Source: a virus
Virus record (IMG/VR): IMGVR_UViG_3300045988_054362
Location: 1-35,819 of that record
Length of the DNA: 35,819 nt
Direction: 5' to 3' (one strand)
Below are positions 7,828-16,168 of this stretch, piece after piece. Position numbers and translations under genes: made by a program. Each line of letters opens with the position of its first letter. The first letter of the stretch is position 1. The notes beneath the pieces are model-generated. The model made no database searches. It saw only the letters and a program-made list of their open reading frames with translations, and was not told where the DNA came from.

Positions 7828-8244
7828 GTGTGCAGATGGAAAGTTAAAGAGAGAGGTTTAGCTTTTTTTGGAAAGTTGAGTTATTTCGAACCTAAAGAAG
7901 AAAAAAATGATGATGAAATCGACATGGTCAATCATCCTCAACATTACAACAGAGATGGAGCAATGGAGTGTATTGATGAAATGATAGCAGTATTTGGAAA
8001 AGATATTGTCGCTTGTTTCTGCTTGTGCAATGTATGGAAATATAGATACAGAGCTTCAGATAAGGGACATGAAGAGGACTTATCTAAATCTGACTATTAT
8101 ATGGATAAGTATAAGGAATTAATTACGGGACGCAGTGTATTAGGCTTTGAAAGTGTTATGGAACTTGAAGAATTAGAAGATATTGTAAAAGAAAAATTAG
8201 ATAAATTGTATTTAGAAAGAGAGATTAGAAGGCATGACAAGTAA
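7828..8244 (+). CDS. DUF3310-family protein (true start probably upstream, see findings)
   Basis: NHPQHYN ... MECIDE is the DUF3310 signature as I recall it. The frame is open from 7756 and encodes a CxxC...CxxxC..C segment before the listed GTG. Confidence 0.65.
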   Translation: MCRWKVKERGLAFFGKLSYFEPKEEKNDDEIDMVNHPQHYNRDGAMECIDEMIAVFGKDIVACFCLCNVWKYRYRASDKGHEEDLSKSDYYMDKYKELITGRSVLGFESVMELEELEDIVKEKLDKLYLEREIRRHDK

Positions 8245-8749
8245 AGAATATGGATTGATTAAAGAAATGTTGCATAAGCAAGCAGAATTAGATAAATCAA
8301 TTATGAGTGCATACGGATTAACTGAAATTGATGAAGAGAATTTAAGAATGGCTATCCTTGATGAAGTAGGCGAATTAACACACGAACTTAAAGGAGATTG
8401 GTGTTGGTGGAAAAAGACTCAAGCACCTGTTGACGATAAAAAAGTTTTAGGAGAATTAATTGATGTTTGGCATTTCGTTTTAAGTTATCAGAATCATTTC
8501 AATGGTGGTGAAAATGGAATTTTAAATGCTTTAATGTTTATAAGAAATTCAGATAATATATTCAAGCTTTTAATGACTAATGAATATAAGTTAAGTGAAA
8601 CATTGACTGATTTAGCTACATGGAATATTCATAAAATGGAAAGATTAATTGCAATCTCAGAATACTTAGGTTTCACAATTGAGCAAGTATATGAATGCTA
8701 TTGTGATAAAAATAAAATCAACTATCAAAGACTAGAAAGTGGGTACTAG
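8234..8749 (+). CDS. dut: Dimeric (all-alpha, MazG-like) dUTPase family protein
   Basis: LDEVGELTHELKGDWCWWKK and ELIDVWHFVLS resemble the metal-binding helices of dimeric dUTPase / NTP-pyrophosphohydrolases. Confidence 0.6.
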   Translation: MTSKEYGLIKEMLHKQAELDKSIMSAYGLTEIDEENLRMAILDEVGELTHELKGDWCWWKKTQAPVDDKKVLGELIDVWHFVLSYQNHFNGGENGILNALMFIRNSDNIFKLLMTNEYKLSETLTDLATWNIHKMERLIAISEYLGFTIEQVYECYCDKNKINYQRLESGY

Positions 8750-8751
8750 GC

Positions 8752-8991
8752 ATGTGGATTAGAAGCCAAGATGGAAAAATTTTAATGGATTGCGACTTTT
8801 TCGCAGTTGAAGAACACGGCGTTAAATATGCAGTGATTACATTAAGTGGCAAAAGTGGTATAAGCGTTAATTTAGGTACATATACTACTAAATATAAAGC
8901 TTTAGTAGTTTTAAATGATATTCAAGAATGGTACGAATGTTCATACGGTGAAACATTCCAAATGCCACAAGATGAGGATGTGAAATTATGA
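8752..8991 (+). CDS. Hypothetical protein
   Basis: 79-aa ORF in the operon. Confidence 0.5.
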   Translation: MWIRSQDGKILMDCDFFAVEEHGVKYAVITLSGKSGISVNLGTYTTKYKALVVLNDIQEWYECSYGETFQMPQDEDVKL

Positions 8992-9158
8992 CGTTTGATG
9001 AATTCAAAGAAATTAGAAAAAAATACAATCTTTTAATAACATTCAATGACAATATTGAAGCTATGTCAAAAGAGGAATACGAAAATCTCGTAAATAACTT
9101 AATTGAATCAATTGAAGATATGTACAATGATGATTCAAATGAGGAGGATGATTTTTAA
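8988..9158 (+). CDS. Small acidic hypothetical protein (not in the ORF track)
   Basis: ATGA overlap with the upstream gene. The 56-codon frame (MTFDEFKEIRKKYN...) ends with TAA at 9156-9158, directly before the next ATG. Confidence 0.5.
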   Translation: MTFDEFKEIRKKYNLLITFNDNIEAMSKEEYENLVNNLIESIEDMYNDDSNEEDDF

Positions 9159-9650
9159 ATGGAAGAAAAAGAATTATTAGAAAAAAACAGATTCACAGAA
9201 GAAGAGTATAAAAAAAAGGTTAAAGAACAATTTAGACAAATGCTTGAGGATGATTCAAAAAAAGAACAAGAATTAATTATGAAGAAACTGAGAAAAAAGC
9301 AAAACGCAAGTTTGAGGAAACTAAAGAAAATGGTGCGAATCAAAAAAGAAACTGATGAATTTGTTAAAAAAGCTAAAGGAGCAAGAACAATGATTAAAAC
9401 AAGGATTGAAGAAGGACTTGATTCTTTAATTGAAATGTACACTATAGAAATTGATGATGACACAGAATGTCTAAAAAAGTATAAAGATGAGTTGGAGAAT
9501 GTTTTAAAAGAATCTGACTGCTTATCAGAAGTTGATAATAGCAGAATATGTAGTTTGCACAAAATTGTAGAAAGAAAGGCAAACCAAATCGCTTTGAAGA
9601 AAGAATTTTTACTCAATTTAAATTGTATTAGAGAGGCAAACGATGATTGA
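9159..9650 (+). CDS. K/E-rich coiled-coil hypothetical protein
   Basis: ATG follows GAGGAGG. 163 aa. Confidence 0.55.
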   Translation: MEEKELLEKNRFTEEEYKKKVKEQFRQMLEDDSKKEQELIMKKLRKKQNASLRKLKKMVRIKKETDEFVKKAKGARTMIKTRIEEGLDSLIEMYTIEIDDDTECLKKYKDELENVLKESDCLSEVDNSRICSLHKIVERKANQIALKKEFLLNLNCIREANDD

Positions 9651-9888
9651 AGAAAGAATTGATAAATTAATCATCGTTTATCAAGCAAGAATTAGAATGG
9701 AAAATAAATTCAGAGATGAAGAGCTTGAGGAATTGAAAGTTAAAATCTTAAAAGATTCGTTAGTTAGTATAGAAGATAAATACACTGATTTAGCCCAAAG
9801 AATAGACCATCGTGAAAAAGAAATACATAGAATGGAATATTTTATGAATGAATTGAAATTGATAAAAAAGGAGATTGAAAATGAATAG
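9643..9888 (+). CDS. Coiled-coil hypothetical protein
   Basis: Overlapping start. 81 aa. Confidence 0.5.
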   Translation: MIEERIDKLIIVYQARIRMENKFRDEELEELKVKILKDSLVSIEDKYTDLAQRIDHREKEIHRMEYFMNELKLIKKEIENE

Positions 9889-9955
9889 CAATAAAAAGTT
9901 TAACTGCAAATGAGTTAAAAGCAGTGCAACAACAGATGAAGGAATCGGGGTGGTC

Positions 9956-10174
9956 ATGATGAGCACAATAGAAACATTTGAAGAACTCGGATATAAGAAG
10001 AATGTAGGAAATGGGAAAATAACTTATTCGCAAGATTTTGGAAGTGGATATTTTGAAATCATATTTGATTTATCAGAAAACGAAATTGAAATAGAAACTA
10101 ATATGGAAGTTGTAATCGAAGATGATTTATTACTAGCGATTAATCAACTATGTAAAGAATTGGGGTGGATTTAA
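9956..10174 (+). CDS. Hypothetical protein
   Basis: ATG 9956 follows a GGGGTGG purine tract. It lies within the track ORF 9950-10174. Confidence 0.5.
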   Translation: MMSTIETFEELGYKKNVGNGKITYSQDFGSGYFEIIFDLSENEIEIETNMEVVIEDDLLLAINQLCKELGWI

Positions 10175-10674
10175 TGACAACAAAAGAAGAATATGAAAAA
10201 GCATTAAAAGAAATGAATGACGCTTTTTACGGTATTACTTTTTTAAACAGTCAAACGAGAAGATTTGACGACAATTTAAATCTTTTACGTGAATTAGTAA
10301 ATGAACATTTTGAAGAAAAAAAAGAGTCTAACCTTGAACATTATAAAGAAGAAATCAAAAGTGCAGGCTATGATTTTGCACTAGTGAATGGAAAACCAAC
10401 AACGTGCAAATGGATTTTGTGTGACCAATGTTTTTTCAACGATAGGATTTTATGCGCTAAAAAGAGAATTGAATGGATGTTAAAACCATTTAAGCGAAAG
10501 TATAAATTAACTCAGTTTGAATATGATTTATTACAAAGTTATGCAAGTGGATACAAGTTTAAAGATATAATGCCTTTAATCGTAATGAAAGAAAAAGGGT
10601 ATTTCAAAGACATTAATAAGGATGAAAAAATTACAGATATTTTATGGAATTGTGGGGTAATAAAAAATGATTAA
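10174..10674 (+). CDS. Hypothetical protein
   Basis: ATG in a TAATG overlap. It lies within the track ORF 10165-10674. Confidence 0.5.
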   Translation: MTTKEEYEKALKEMNDAFYGITFLNSQTRRFDDNLNLLRELVNEHFEEKKESNLEHYKEEIKSAGYDFALVNGKPTTCKWILCDQCFFNDRILCAKKRIEWMLKPFKRKYKLTQFEYDLLQSYASGYKFKDIMPLIVMKEKGYFKDINKDEKITDILWNCGVIKND

Positions 10675-11149
10675 TGTAGCAGTAATAGTAGGACATCTAA
10701 CTAAAGATGTTGAACTATCAAAAACACAGAACGGAAATAGCGTAGCAAAGTTTACGGTAGCAGTAAATGGATACAATGATACTACAGATTTTATTAATTG
10801 CGTGGCATGGAACAAACTCGCAGATATTGTAAATATGTATTGCAAGAAAGGTGATTTAGTTACAGTAGAAGGAAGAATCAGTGTTAGAAATTATGATAAT
10901 CAACAAGGACAAAGAATATATATCACTGAAGTTGTAGCTAGTAATGTACAATTACCGCCTAAAAACGCTTCTAATGGGCAAAATTACAATCATAATGTAA
11001 ATACATATCAACAACCTAATCAAGCATATAACAACACTTACGGCGTTCAAAACACATATACGCAACCTAGTTTGACACAACAAATTGCACAACAAGAATA
11101 TAACGGTGAAAGTGATTTAGATATTGCTTCAGATGATTTACCATTCTAG
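10667..11149 (+). CDS. ssb: Single-stranded DNA-binding protein
   Basis: OB-fold N-terminus (MINVAVIVGHLTKDVEL ... FINCVAWNKLA ... GDLVTVEGRI), a Q/N/Y-rich linker and an acidic tail ending DDLPF. Confidence 0.9.
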   Translation: MINVAVIVGHLTKDVELSKTQNGNSVAKFTVAVNGYNDTTDFINCVAWNKLADIVNMYCKKGDLVTVEGRISVRNYDNQQGQRIYITEVVASNVQLPPKNASNGQNYNHNVNTYQQPNQAYNNTYGVQNTYTQPSLTQQIAQQEYNGESDLDIASDDLPF

Positions 11150-11161
11150 GAGGTGGTTTTA

Positions 11162-11356
11162 ATAGAAATGAATTATGAAGAAAGGATTAAAGAGTTAATT
11201 TCAAAGAATAATAAATTAGGAAGGACAAATATTAAGCTTAATCAGACTATAAAAGAAAGAAGCGAAACAATTCATACTCAAGCTAAAGAAATCAAGAAAT
11301 TAAGAAGTGAAGTTGGCGAATTAAAGGATAGATTGTATAAGGTATACAGTTCATGA
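11162..11356 (+). CDS. Small coiled-coil protein (start ATA 11162 at 8 nt from AGGAGG, or ATG 11168)
   Basis: Track ORF 11153-11356. The GTG at 11153 lies inside the SD. Confidence 0.5.
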   Translation: MEMNYEERIKELISKNNKLGRTNIKLNQTIKERSETIHTQAKEIKKLRSEVGELKDRLYKVYSS

Positions 11357-11679
11357 GTACATATGAAGATGTAAAACGACACTTCTTGTGTGAATGCCAA
11401 TCATACACATACTATGAGCAAAAGATAGCAGAGCTACAAAGGGATGAAGCTATTTATCCTTTAAAAGCCGAGCTATTCTTGGCTCATGCAGATTATGCAA
11501 GAAGAATGAACTATGTAAAAGACAAATTAAGCCAACTTGATGATACGACTCGAGCCATGATTGAGTATAGATATATAAAGGGATTCAGTGCAGAAAAGAC
11601 ATCTAATATTGTAGGTTATGCACGAGAAGAAATTCCAAGAAAAATAAACAAGAACTTAAAGAAAGTGCTCACAATGTGA
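11353..11679 (+). CDS. ArpU/RinA-like late-gene transcriptional activator (sigma region-4-like HTH)
   Basis: The C-terminal part (IEYRYIKGFSAEKTSNIVGYAREEIPRKINKNLKKV) resembles sigma-70 region 4. Its position immediately upstream of the packaging genes fits this family. Confidence 0.6.
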   Translation: MSTYEDVKRHFLCECQSYTYYEQKIAELQRDEAIYPLKAELFLAHADYARRMNYVKDKLSQLDDTTRAMIEYRYIKGFSAEKTSNIVGYAREEIPRKINKNLKKVLTM

Positions 11680-11688
11680 GCATTTTTT
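11667..11688 (+). terminator. Intrinsic terminator overlapping the stop codon of the late regulator
   Basis: GCTCAC (11667-11672), loop AAT, GTGAGC (11676-11681), then ATTTTTT. Confidence 0.6.
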
Positions 11689-11690
11689 CA

Positions 11691-11699
11691 TGTAATAAT
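11691..11699 (+). promoter_or_regulatory. Possible extended -10 promoter (TGTAATAAT) for the tRNA gene
   Basis: TGn plus AATAAT ends 7 nt before tRNA position 1 (A11706). No good -35 is present. Confidence 0.3.
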
Positions 11700-11705
11700 T
11701 GTTTT

Positions 11706-11781
11706 AGCAGGATAGAGCAGTAGTAGCTCGTCGGTCTTATTAGCCGAAGGTCGAACGGTGCAAATCCTTCTCCTGCAACCA
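11706..11781 (+). tRNA. Initiator-type (tRNA-fMet-like) tRNA with anticodon UAU
   Basis: Hand-folded cloverleaf. Acceptor stem AGCAGGA/TCCTGCA with an A1xA72 mismatch. D-stem GAGC/GCTC (A11:U24). Anticodon stem TCGGT/GCCGA with loop CTTATTA (anticodon TAT at 11738-11740). Variable loop AGGTC. T-arm GAA(C)GG-TGCAAAT-CCTTC. Encoded ACCA end. Long blocks are identical to bacterial tRNA-fMet as I recall it. Confidence 0.7.
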
Positions 11782-11863
11782 TGATTACAAAGCCTATCAG
11801 TAAGTCCTTCCCAAATTAGATATTAAATACCAACAATGGCATACAATTAGGCTTTGATATATT

Positions 11864-11888
11864 ACCGAGCGTTTGTCTCGGTTCTTTT
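11864..11888 (+). terminator. Intrinsic terminator downstream of the tRNA
   Basis: ACCGAG (11864-11869), 7-nt loop, CTCGGT (11877-11882), then TCTTTT. Confidence 0.6.
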
Positions 11889-11906
11889 AATAATAAGGAG
11901 GAGAAT

Positions 11907-12185
11907 ATGGGTTCAAAAGAATTTCAAGAATTAGCAATGAATGCAGTATTTCGAGTAAACCCAAATATTGCAATCAGTGAAATGTTCGTTGTATGGATGG
12001 TTAAAGTACTTCAAAACAATAAAGCATTGATTAGTGCTATGAGCACGGATGATTATTATGAAGTAACGTATAACGGCGATAAAAATGAATTATACGTTGA
12101 TGAATACAAGGGTGATAAAACAGAAACTATTAGATTAAAGATTGATGACATCGCACATTACGAAAAGAATGCACCACAAAGTTGA
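11907..12185 (+). CDS. Hypothetical protein upstream of terminase
   Basis: ATG follows AAGGAGGAG at 5 nt. 92 aa. Confidence 0.6.
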   Translation: MGSKEFQELAMNAVFRVNPNIAISEMFVVWMVKVLQNNKALISAMSTDDYYEVTYNGDKNELYVDEYKGDKTETIRLKIDDIAHYEKNAPQS

Positions 12186-12242
12186 TTTGGAACATTGCAC
12201 ACCAAAAATATTGAGTGATAAATATAGAAAGGGGATGTAATA

Positions 12243-12629
12243 ATAGCGAATGGAAAAGTTGGAAGACCTAACAAGGATTTCGACAAAGAAGAATTTGAAA
12301 AATTGTTAGCTATTCAATGCACGCAAGCAGAAGTATGCTACTTTTTTAACACGACAGATAAGACATTATCAAATTGGTGTAAACGTACATATGGAACTGA
12401 TTTCTCCGAATGTTTAAAAAGGTTCGGCGCACAAGGAAGAATTTCGTTACGAAGAGCGCAATTTAAACTTGCTTCAAAGAGTCCTGCAATGGCTATTTTC
12501 TTAGGAAAACAATTCCTAGGTCAAACTGATAAGGTAGAAACACACTTTGACGCTTCAGAAGTAAATGCAATTAATAAAGCTATGATTACAGATGTAGCAA
12601 AAGAAAGAAGAATTGAAGATTTTGAATAA
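12243..12629 (+). CDS. terS: Terminase small subunit (ATA start)
   Basis: GRPNKDFDKEEFEKLLAIQCTQAEVCYFFNTTDKTLSNWCKR is an N-terminal HTH typical of TerS. The frame opens at 12228 after a TAG. GGGGA lies 7 nt before ATAGCG at 12243. The first canonical codon (TTG 12303) would cut the HTH. Confidence 0.7.
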   Translation: MANGKVGRPNKDFDKEEFEKLLAIQCTQAEVCYFFNTTDKTLSNWCKRTYGTDFSECLKRFGAQGRISLRRAQFKLASKSPAMAIFLGKQFLGQTDKVETHFDASEVNAINKAMITDVAKERRIEDFE

Positions 12630-13947
12630 GCCTGCGCCTTTTAATCAAAAGCAATTAGCTTATCTTAAAAGAACATTTGATTCATGGCTTAATGTGTTAG
12701 AAGGTGGGAAACGTGGAGGAAAGAACGTACTCAACACATACGCTTTCTGTATAGCGTTAGAAACACATCCGGATAAGTTTCATTTAATAGCAGGAACAGA
12801 TACATCATCTGCACGTGTAAACATTGGAGATTGTAATGGATACGGATTGCAAAACTACTTTGCGAATAGATTCAAGGTAGGGAAGTATGAAGGTAAAGAT
12901 TGCTACTACATCAACACAAAGGTTGGCGAAAAGGTTGTATTCTTTGCCGGTGGTGCTAAGAAAGGCTCAGAGAATGCAATACATGGATATTCATACGGCA
13001 TGGCTTACATTACCGAAGCAAATTTATGTTGCATTGAATTCTTACAAGAAGTAATGGATAGAACGATAGCTTCAAGCAATCGAAAGATATTTCATGATTT
13101 AAACCCCAAAGGCAAGAATCATTGGTATTACATAGATTTCTTAAAGTATCATGAGGAGCAACAGAATAAAGATTCTACATATGGTTATAACTATGGGCAT
13201 ACCACCTTAGTTGACAATTATTCTTTAAGTGATGAGCAGATAAGAACGGTCTTGAAATCATACGATAAGAATAGTGTTTATTACAAAAGAGATATAAAAG
13301 GACAAAGGGAAGAAGCCGAAGGACTTGTATTCCCTTATTTTGCTAATGACTGCAAACCTTACCTATTCAAATATCAACATTTAAAAGAGAAGATGAAAGA
13401 ACAAGGAAAAAGGTTCAGTCATTTAATCATAGGAGTTGACTTTGGAGACAATGGCTCGAAATATTCTTGGCATTTAACAGGATTCACAAATGATTGGGAT
13501 TATATGTGGGCACTTGATGAAGGAGATATGGCAAAGTCAAATGCAATAGACGCAACAAAGTTCTGCAAAGCATTTGTAAGATTCTATAAGCGTTGTATTG
13601 AATGTTACGGATATGTAGAATGGATATTTCCGGACAGTGCTTCTAATACGTTGATAAACACGCTTAGAGCTTATTTTTACGCCGAAGGATTAGACGGAAG
13701 TATAATTGCACCGGTCAAGAAGAATGAGCTTACAGACCGTCCTATAACGGTTGATAGCTTACTTGTTACAGGTAGATTGAAAATAGAAGAACATTGTAAG
13801 AACTTAATAAACGCATTGAGCGAATTAGTATGGGATGAAAAGAAAGACATTCCAAAAGATGAGAACGTAAACAATATCAATGATGATTGGGATTCGTTCT
13901 GCTATACATTTATCACACATAGTGGATATATAGATTTAAGGAGGTAA
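12613..13947 (+). CDS. terL: Terminase large subunit (PBSX/XtmB-like)
   Basis: 444 aa with a Walker-A-like GGKRGGKN, an ATPase plus nuclease architecture, and the position after terS. TTG start overlapping the terS end. Confidence 0.85.
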   Translation: MKILNKPAPFNQKQLAYLKRTFDSWLNVLEGGKRGGKNVLNTYAFCIALETHPDKFHLIAGTDTSSARVNIGDCNGYGLQNYFANRFKVGKYEGKDCYYINTKVGEKVVFFAGGAKKGSENAIHGYSYGMAYITEANLCCIEFLQEVMDRTIASSNRKIFHDLNPKGKNHWYYIDFLKYHEEQQNKDSTYGYNYGHTTLVDNYSLSDEQIRTVLKSYDKNSVYYKRDIKGQREEAEGLVFPYFANDCKPYLFKYQHLKEKMKEQGKRFSHLIIGVDFGDNGSKYSWHLTGFTNDWDYMWALDEGDMAKSNAIDATKFCKAFVRFYKRCIECYGYVEWIFPDSASNTLINTLRAYFYAEGLDGSIIAPVKKNELTDRPITVDSLLVTGRLKIEEHCKNLINALSELVWDEKKDIPKDENVNNINDDWDSFCYTFITHSGYIDLRR

Positions 13948-13950
13948 GAA

Positions 13951-15354
13951 ATAGAAACATCTAACACACGTAGACCGTGGTTTCAGAATTACCTAAACGA
14001 TAGAGGGTATTATGTAGATACAAATGCAATTGAGATTATTGAATTGTGTAATAAGTGGTATACAAATACCGAAACAGAATTTCATACGGCATATACCTTG
14101 AACAATGAGGAATACACGTTGGATAAGACAGACTTTGCAAAGCGTTTATGTGAGGATGACGCAAATCTCATTGAAATCCTAGATATAAACGCAACCGAGG
14201 ACAGTGCCACAAATGACATTATTTCAGACATTCTAAACAAGAATAGGTTTGATGTAATGTACAGGAAACAAGTTGAGCAAATGTCTGCAAATGGTACGGT
14301 AGGAGCTTATGTAACGGTATCAAATGCCGAGATTTATGAAGATGGTACATTCAGTGGAGGAGAAATCAGAATCAATTATTGTGATTCAATGAATATCCTT
14401 CCATTAACTGTTATCAATGATGAAATTGTGGAAGTGGCTTTCGTTGGAGTAAATTATGAGAAGTTAAAAAAAGTATATGTGATGGTCATGTTCTTAAAAG
14501 GACAAGACGAAAGATATATTGCAGAAACACATTACTTTAAAGATACAGGCGAAGAAATAAAAGACCGTGCTCAAATTGTTCAATTAGATGTAGTTAAGCC
14601 GTTTGCAATTATGAGAAACGCAAAGGTAAACAACTTACAAATGCAAGGTTACGGCTTACCGAAGATTTGGAGCGCAATTGCTCCACTAAAAACAATTGAT
14701 TTAACAATGACAATGTGGAATCGAGATTTGTTGAAATCAGATAAAATCGTTCTTGTGAATGAAGCATTAATGCAGAAAGACAAGGATGGAAAAGTAAAAC
14801 AGAATCCACAATTAAAGAATATCTTTGTTCAGTTAGGTAGAGATAAGCTACCGGAAGAAAAAGCTTTATGGCAAGAATATAATCCGACAGTTAGAACGGC
14901 AGAAGTTGTGCAATCACTAGAAACGGCGTTAAGTATCTTATCAATGATGTTTGGATTCGGTACAAAGAAATACACGTTTGAGAGTGGAAGAATTGTGACG
15001 GCTACAGAATATATCGGCGAAAACCAAGACGCAATGAAGGAAGTAAATGCACAACGTAAAGAATCTACGGCATATATTCAAGATATTATTCAAGCAATAG
15101 CGTACTTCTATGAATTGACACAAGGCAGAAAGCTTAATATCAATTCATTAGACATTGCTATTGATTATGACGATACATATATCGAGGATAAACAAAGCAC
15201 GGCACAAGCGTTAAGGAATGACGCATTAACATTTGATATTCCAAGATTGAAGATTATGTACTTTATGAAACAATACGGTTTCACAGAAGAAGAAGCAACG
15301 GAGTTATTAAATGAAGAAATTCAAGATGATGGAGAGGGGGATGACGAAGAATAG
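13951..15354 (+). CDS. Portal protein (SPP1 gp6-like), ATA start
   Basis: Size and position match a portal. AGGAGG (13939-13944) lies 6 nt before ATA 13951. The frame opens one codon earlier, at the terL stop. 31 codons have no ATG/GTG/TTG before TTG 14044, which lacks an SD. Confidence 0.8.
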   Translation: METSNTRRPWFQNYLNDRGYYVDTNAIEIIELCNKWYTNTETEFHTAYTLNNEEYTLDKTDFAKRLCEDDANLIEILDINATEDSATNDIISDILNKNRFDVMYRKQVEQMSANGTVGAYVTVSNAEIYEDGTFSGGEIRINYCDSMNILPLTVINDEIVEVAFVGVNYEKLKKVYVMVMFLKGQDERYIAETHYFKDTGEEIKDRAQIVQLDVVKPFAIMRNAKVNNLQMQGYGLPKIWSAIAPLKTIDLTMTMWNRDLLKSDKIVLVNEALMQKDKDGKVKQNPQLKNIFVQLGRDKLPEEKALWQEYNPTVRTAEVVQSLETALSILSMMFGFGTKKYTFESGRIVTATEYIGENQDAMKEVNAQRKESTAYIQDIIQAIAYFYELTQGRKLNINSLDIAIDYDDTYIEDKQSTAQALRNDALTFDIPRLKIMYFMKQYGFTEEEATELLNEEIQDDGEGDDEE

Positions 15355-16157
15355 CAACTACATATTTTCCATTTGTATCAAGAAATGGCGATAGATTAGT
15401 CTTATATGACGCTTTCAGAAGATTGTTCTCAAGTTACTTCACAAATGGAGTGTTCGTAGACGATTCTAGTTCAGACCATTTAAGAGTTGAGAAAGCTCAA
15501 GGCTTAACGCTTACAGTTAAGGCAGGACGAGCAAATATTAATGGAGCGTTCTATTGGCAGAAAGATGACGAAACCATCACACTAGAAAAGAATAGTGCTA
15601 CTAAAAGCTACAATATTATTCTTAGGTTGAATGATAATGACGCATACAGAAACATTTCCTTAGTAGCAAGTGATATTAATAGTGGAATTACAAGAAGCGG
15701 TTCTATTTATGATTTAGTATTAGCTACAGTTACAGTTGAAGGAAGCGCAAGTGAAATCAAAGGCTCAAGTATCACTGATACAAGGTTAGATTCAACACGT
15801 TGTGGAGCAGTTACAAATGCCATAAAGAGTGTTGAAACATTAGATTTATTTACGCAAATGACCGAACTATTCAAAGAAGTAAAAGAGCAGAATCAATCTG
15901 AAATGAGTGCAAATGAAAATGAATTCAATGAATGGTTCGCAAGCGTAAAAGATACGTTGGATTCAAATACCGCAGGTAAGTTAATGAACCGAATTGCAAA
16001 TGTAGAACAAATGCTTATGAATAACCATTTCACTACGATTCTATTAACAGAAGATGGAACACTAGTGGATGAGAACGGTCATGAAATACTAGCCGATTGG
16101 GCGTATGAAGTTGAGTCGGGTGAAGTAGGTACAGATTGGACTTACAAGGTGAAATAG
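15351..16157 (+). CDS. Fibre/receptor-binding-module structural protein, ATA start
   Basis: ATAGCA overlaps the portal stop (aATAGca). The frame opens at 15345. The N-terminus (TTYFPFVSRNGDRLVLYDAFRRLFSSYFTNGV) resembles the conserved fibre-base N-termini of Gram-positive phages (from memory). Confidence 0.55.
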   Translation: MATTYFPFVSRNGDRLVLYDAFRRLFSSYFTNGVFVDDSSSDHLRVEKAQGLTLTVKAGRANINGAFYWQKDDETITLEKNSATKSYNIILRLNDNDAYRNISLVASDINSGITRSGSIYDLVLATVTVEGSASEIKGSSITDTRLDSTRCGAVTNAIKSVETLDLFTQMTELFKEVKEQNQSEMSANENEFNEWFASVKDTLDSNTAGKLMNRIANVEQMLMNNHFTTILLTEDGTLVDENGHEILADWAYEVESGEVGTDWTYKVK

Positions 16158-16168
16158 AGGAGGTATAT

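Noticed and set aside
9155-9616. 153-aa minus-strand ORF antisense to the 9159-9650 gene. Similar antisense ORFs occur at 19721-20050, 17789-18130, 32757-33056, 34409-34693, 35287-35592, 6903-7208 and 2956-3138.
   Set aside because: These are low-complexity S/F/L/I-rich mirror images of K/E-rich plus-strand genes. They have no SD sites and lie opposite a continuous, tightly coupled plus-strand operon.
11706-11781. The tRNA-like sequence as a decayed host tRNA-fMet fragment or an attP remnant.
   Set aside because: It is full length with an encoded CCA. It is internal to the genome, not at an end, and is flanked by its own terminators. Its stem substitutions are compensatory. This remains formally testable; see the findings.
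11789-11855. A possible second tRNA downstream of the first, based on an 8-bp long-range stem.
   Set aside because: No D, anticodon or T arms can be drawn inside it. It is treated as a structured 3' trailer only.
15351-15354. TAG read-through or stop-codon recoding as an alternative explanation for the recurrent ATAG junctions at 15351, 28239, 21663 and 24195.
   Set aside because: The downstream genes are in a different frame from the upstream gene. Reading through the portal TAG hits another TAG after 14 codons. Only initiation at ATA joins the conserved N-terminal sequence to each gene.
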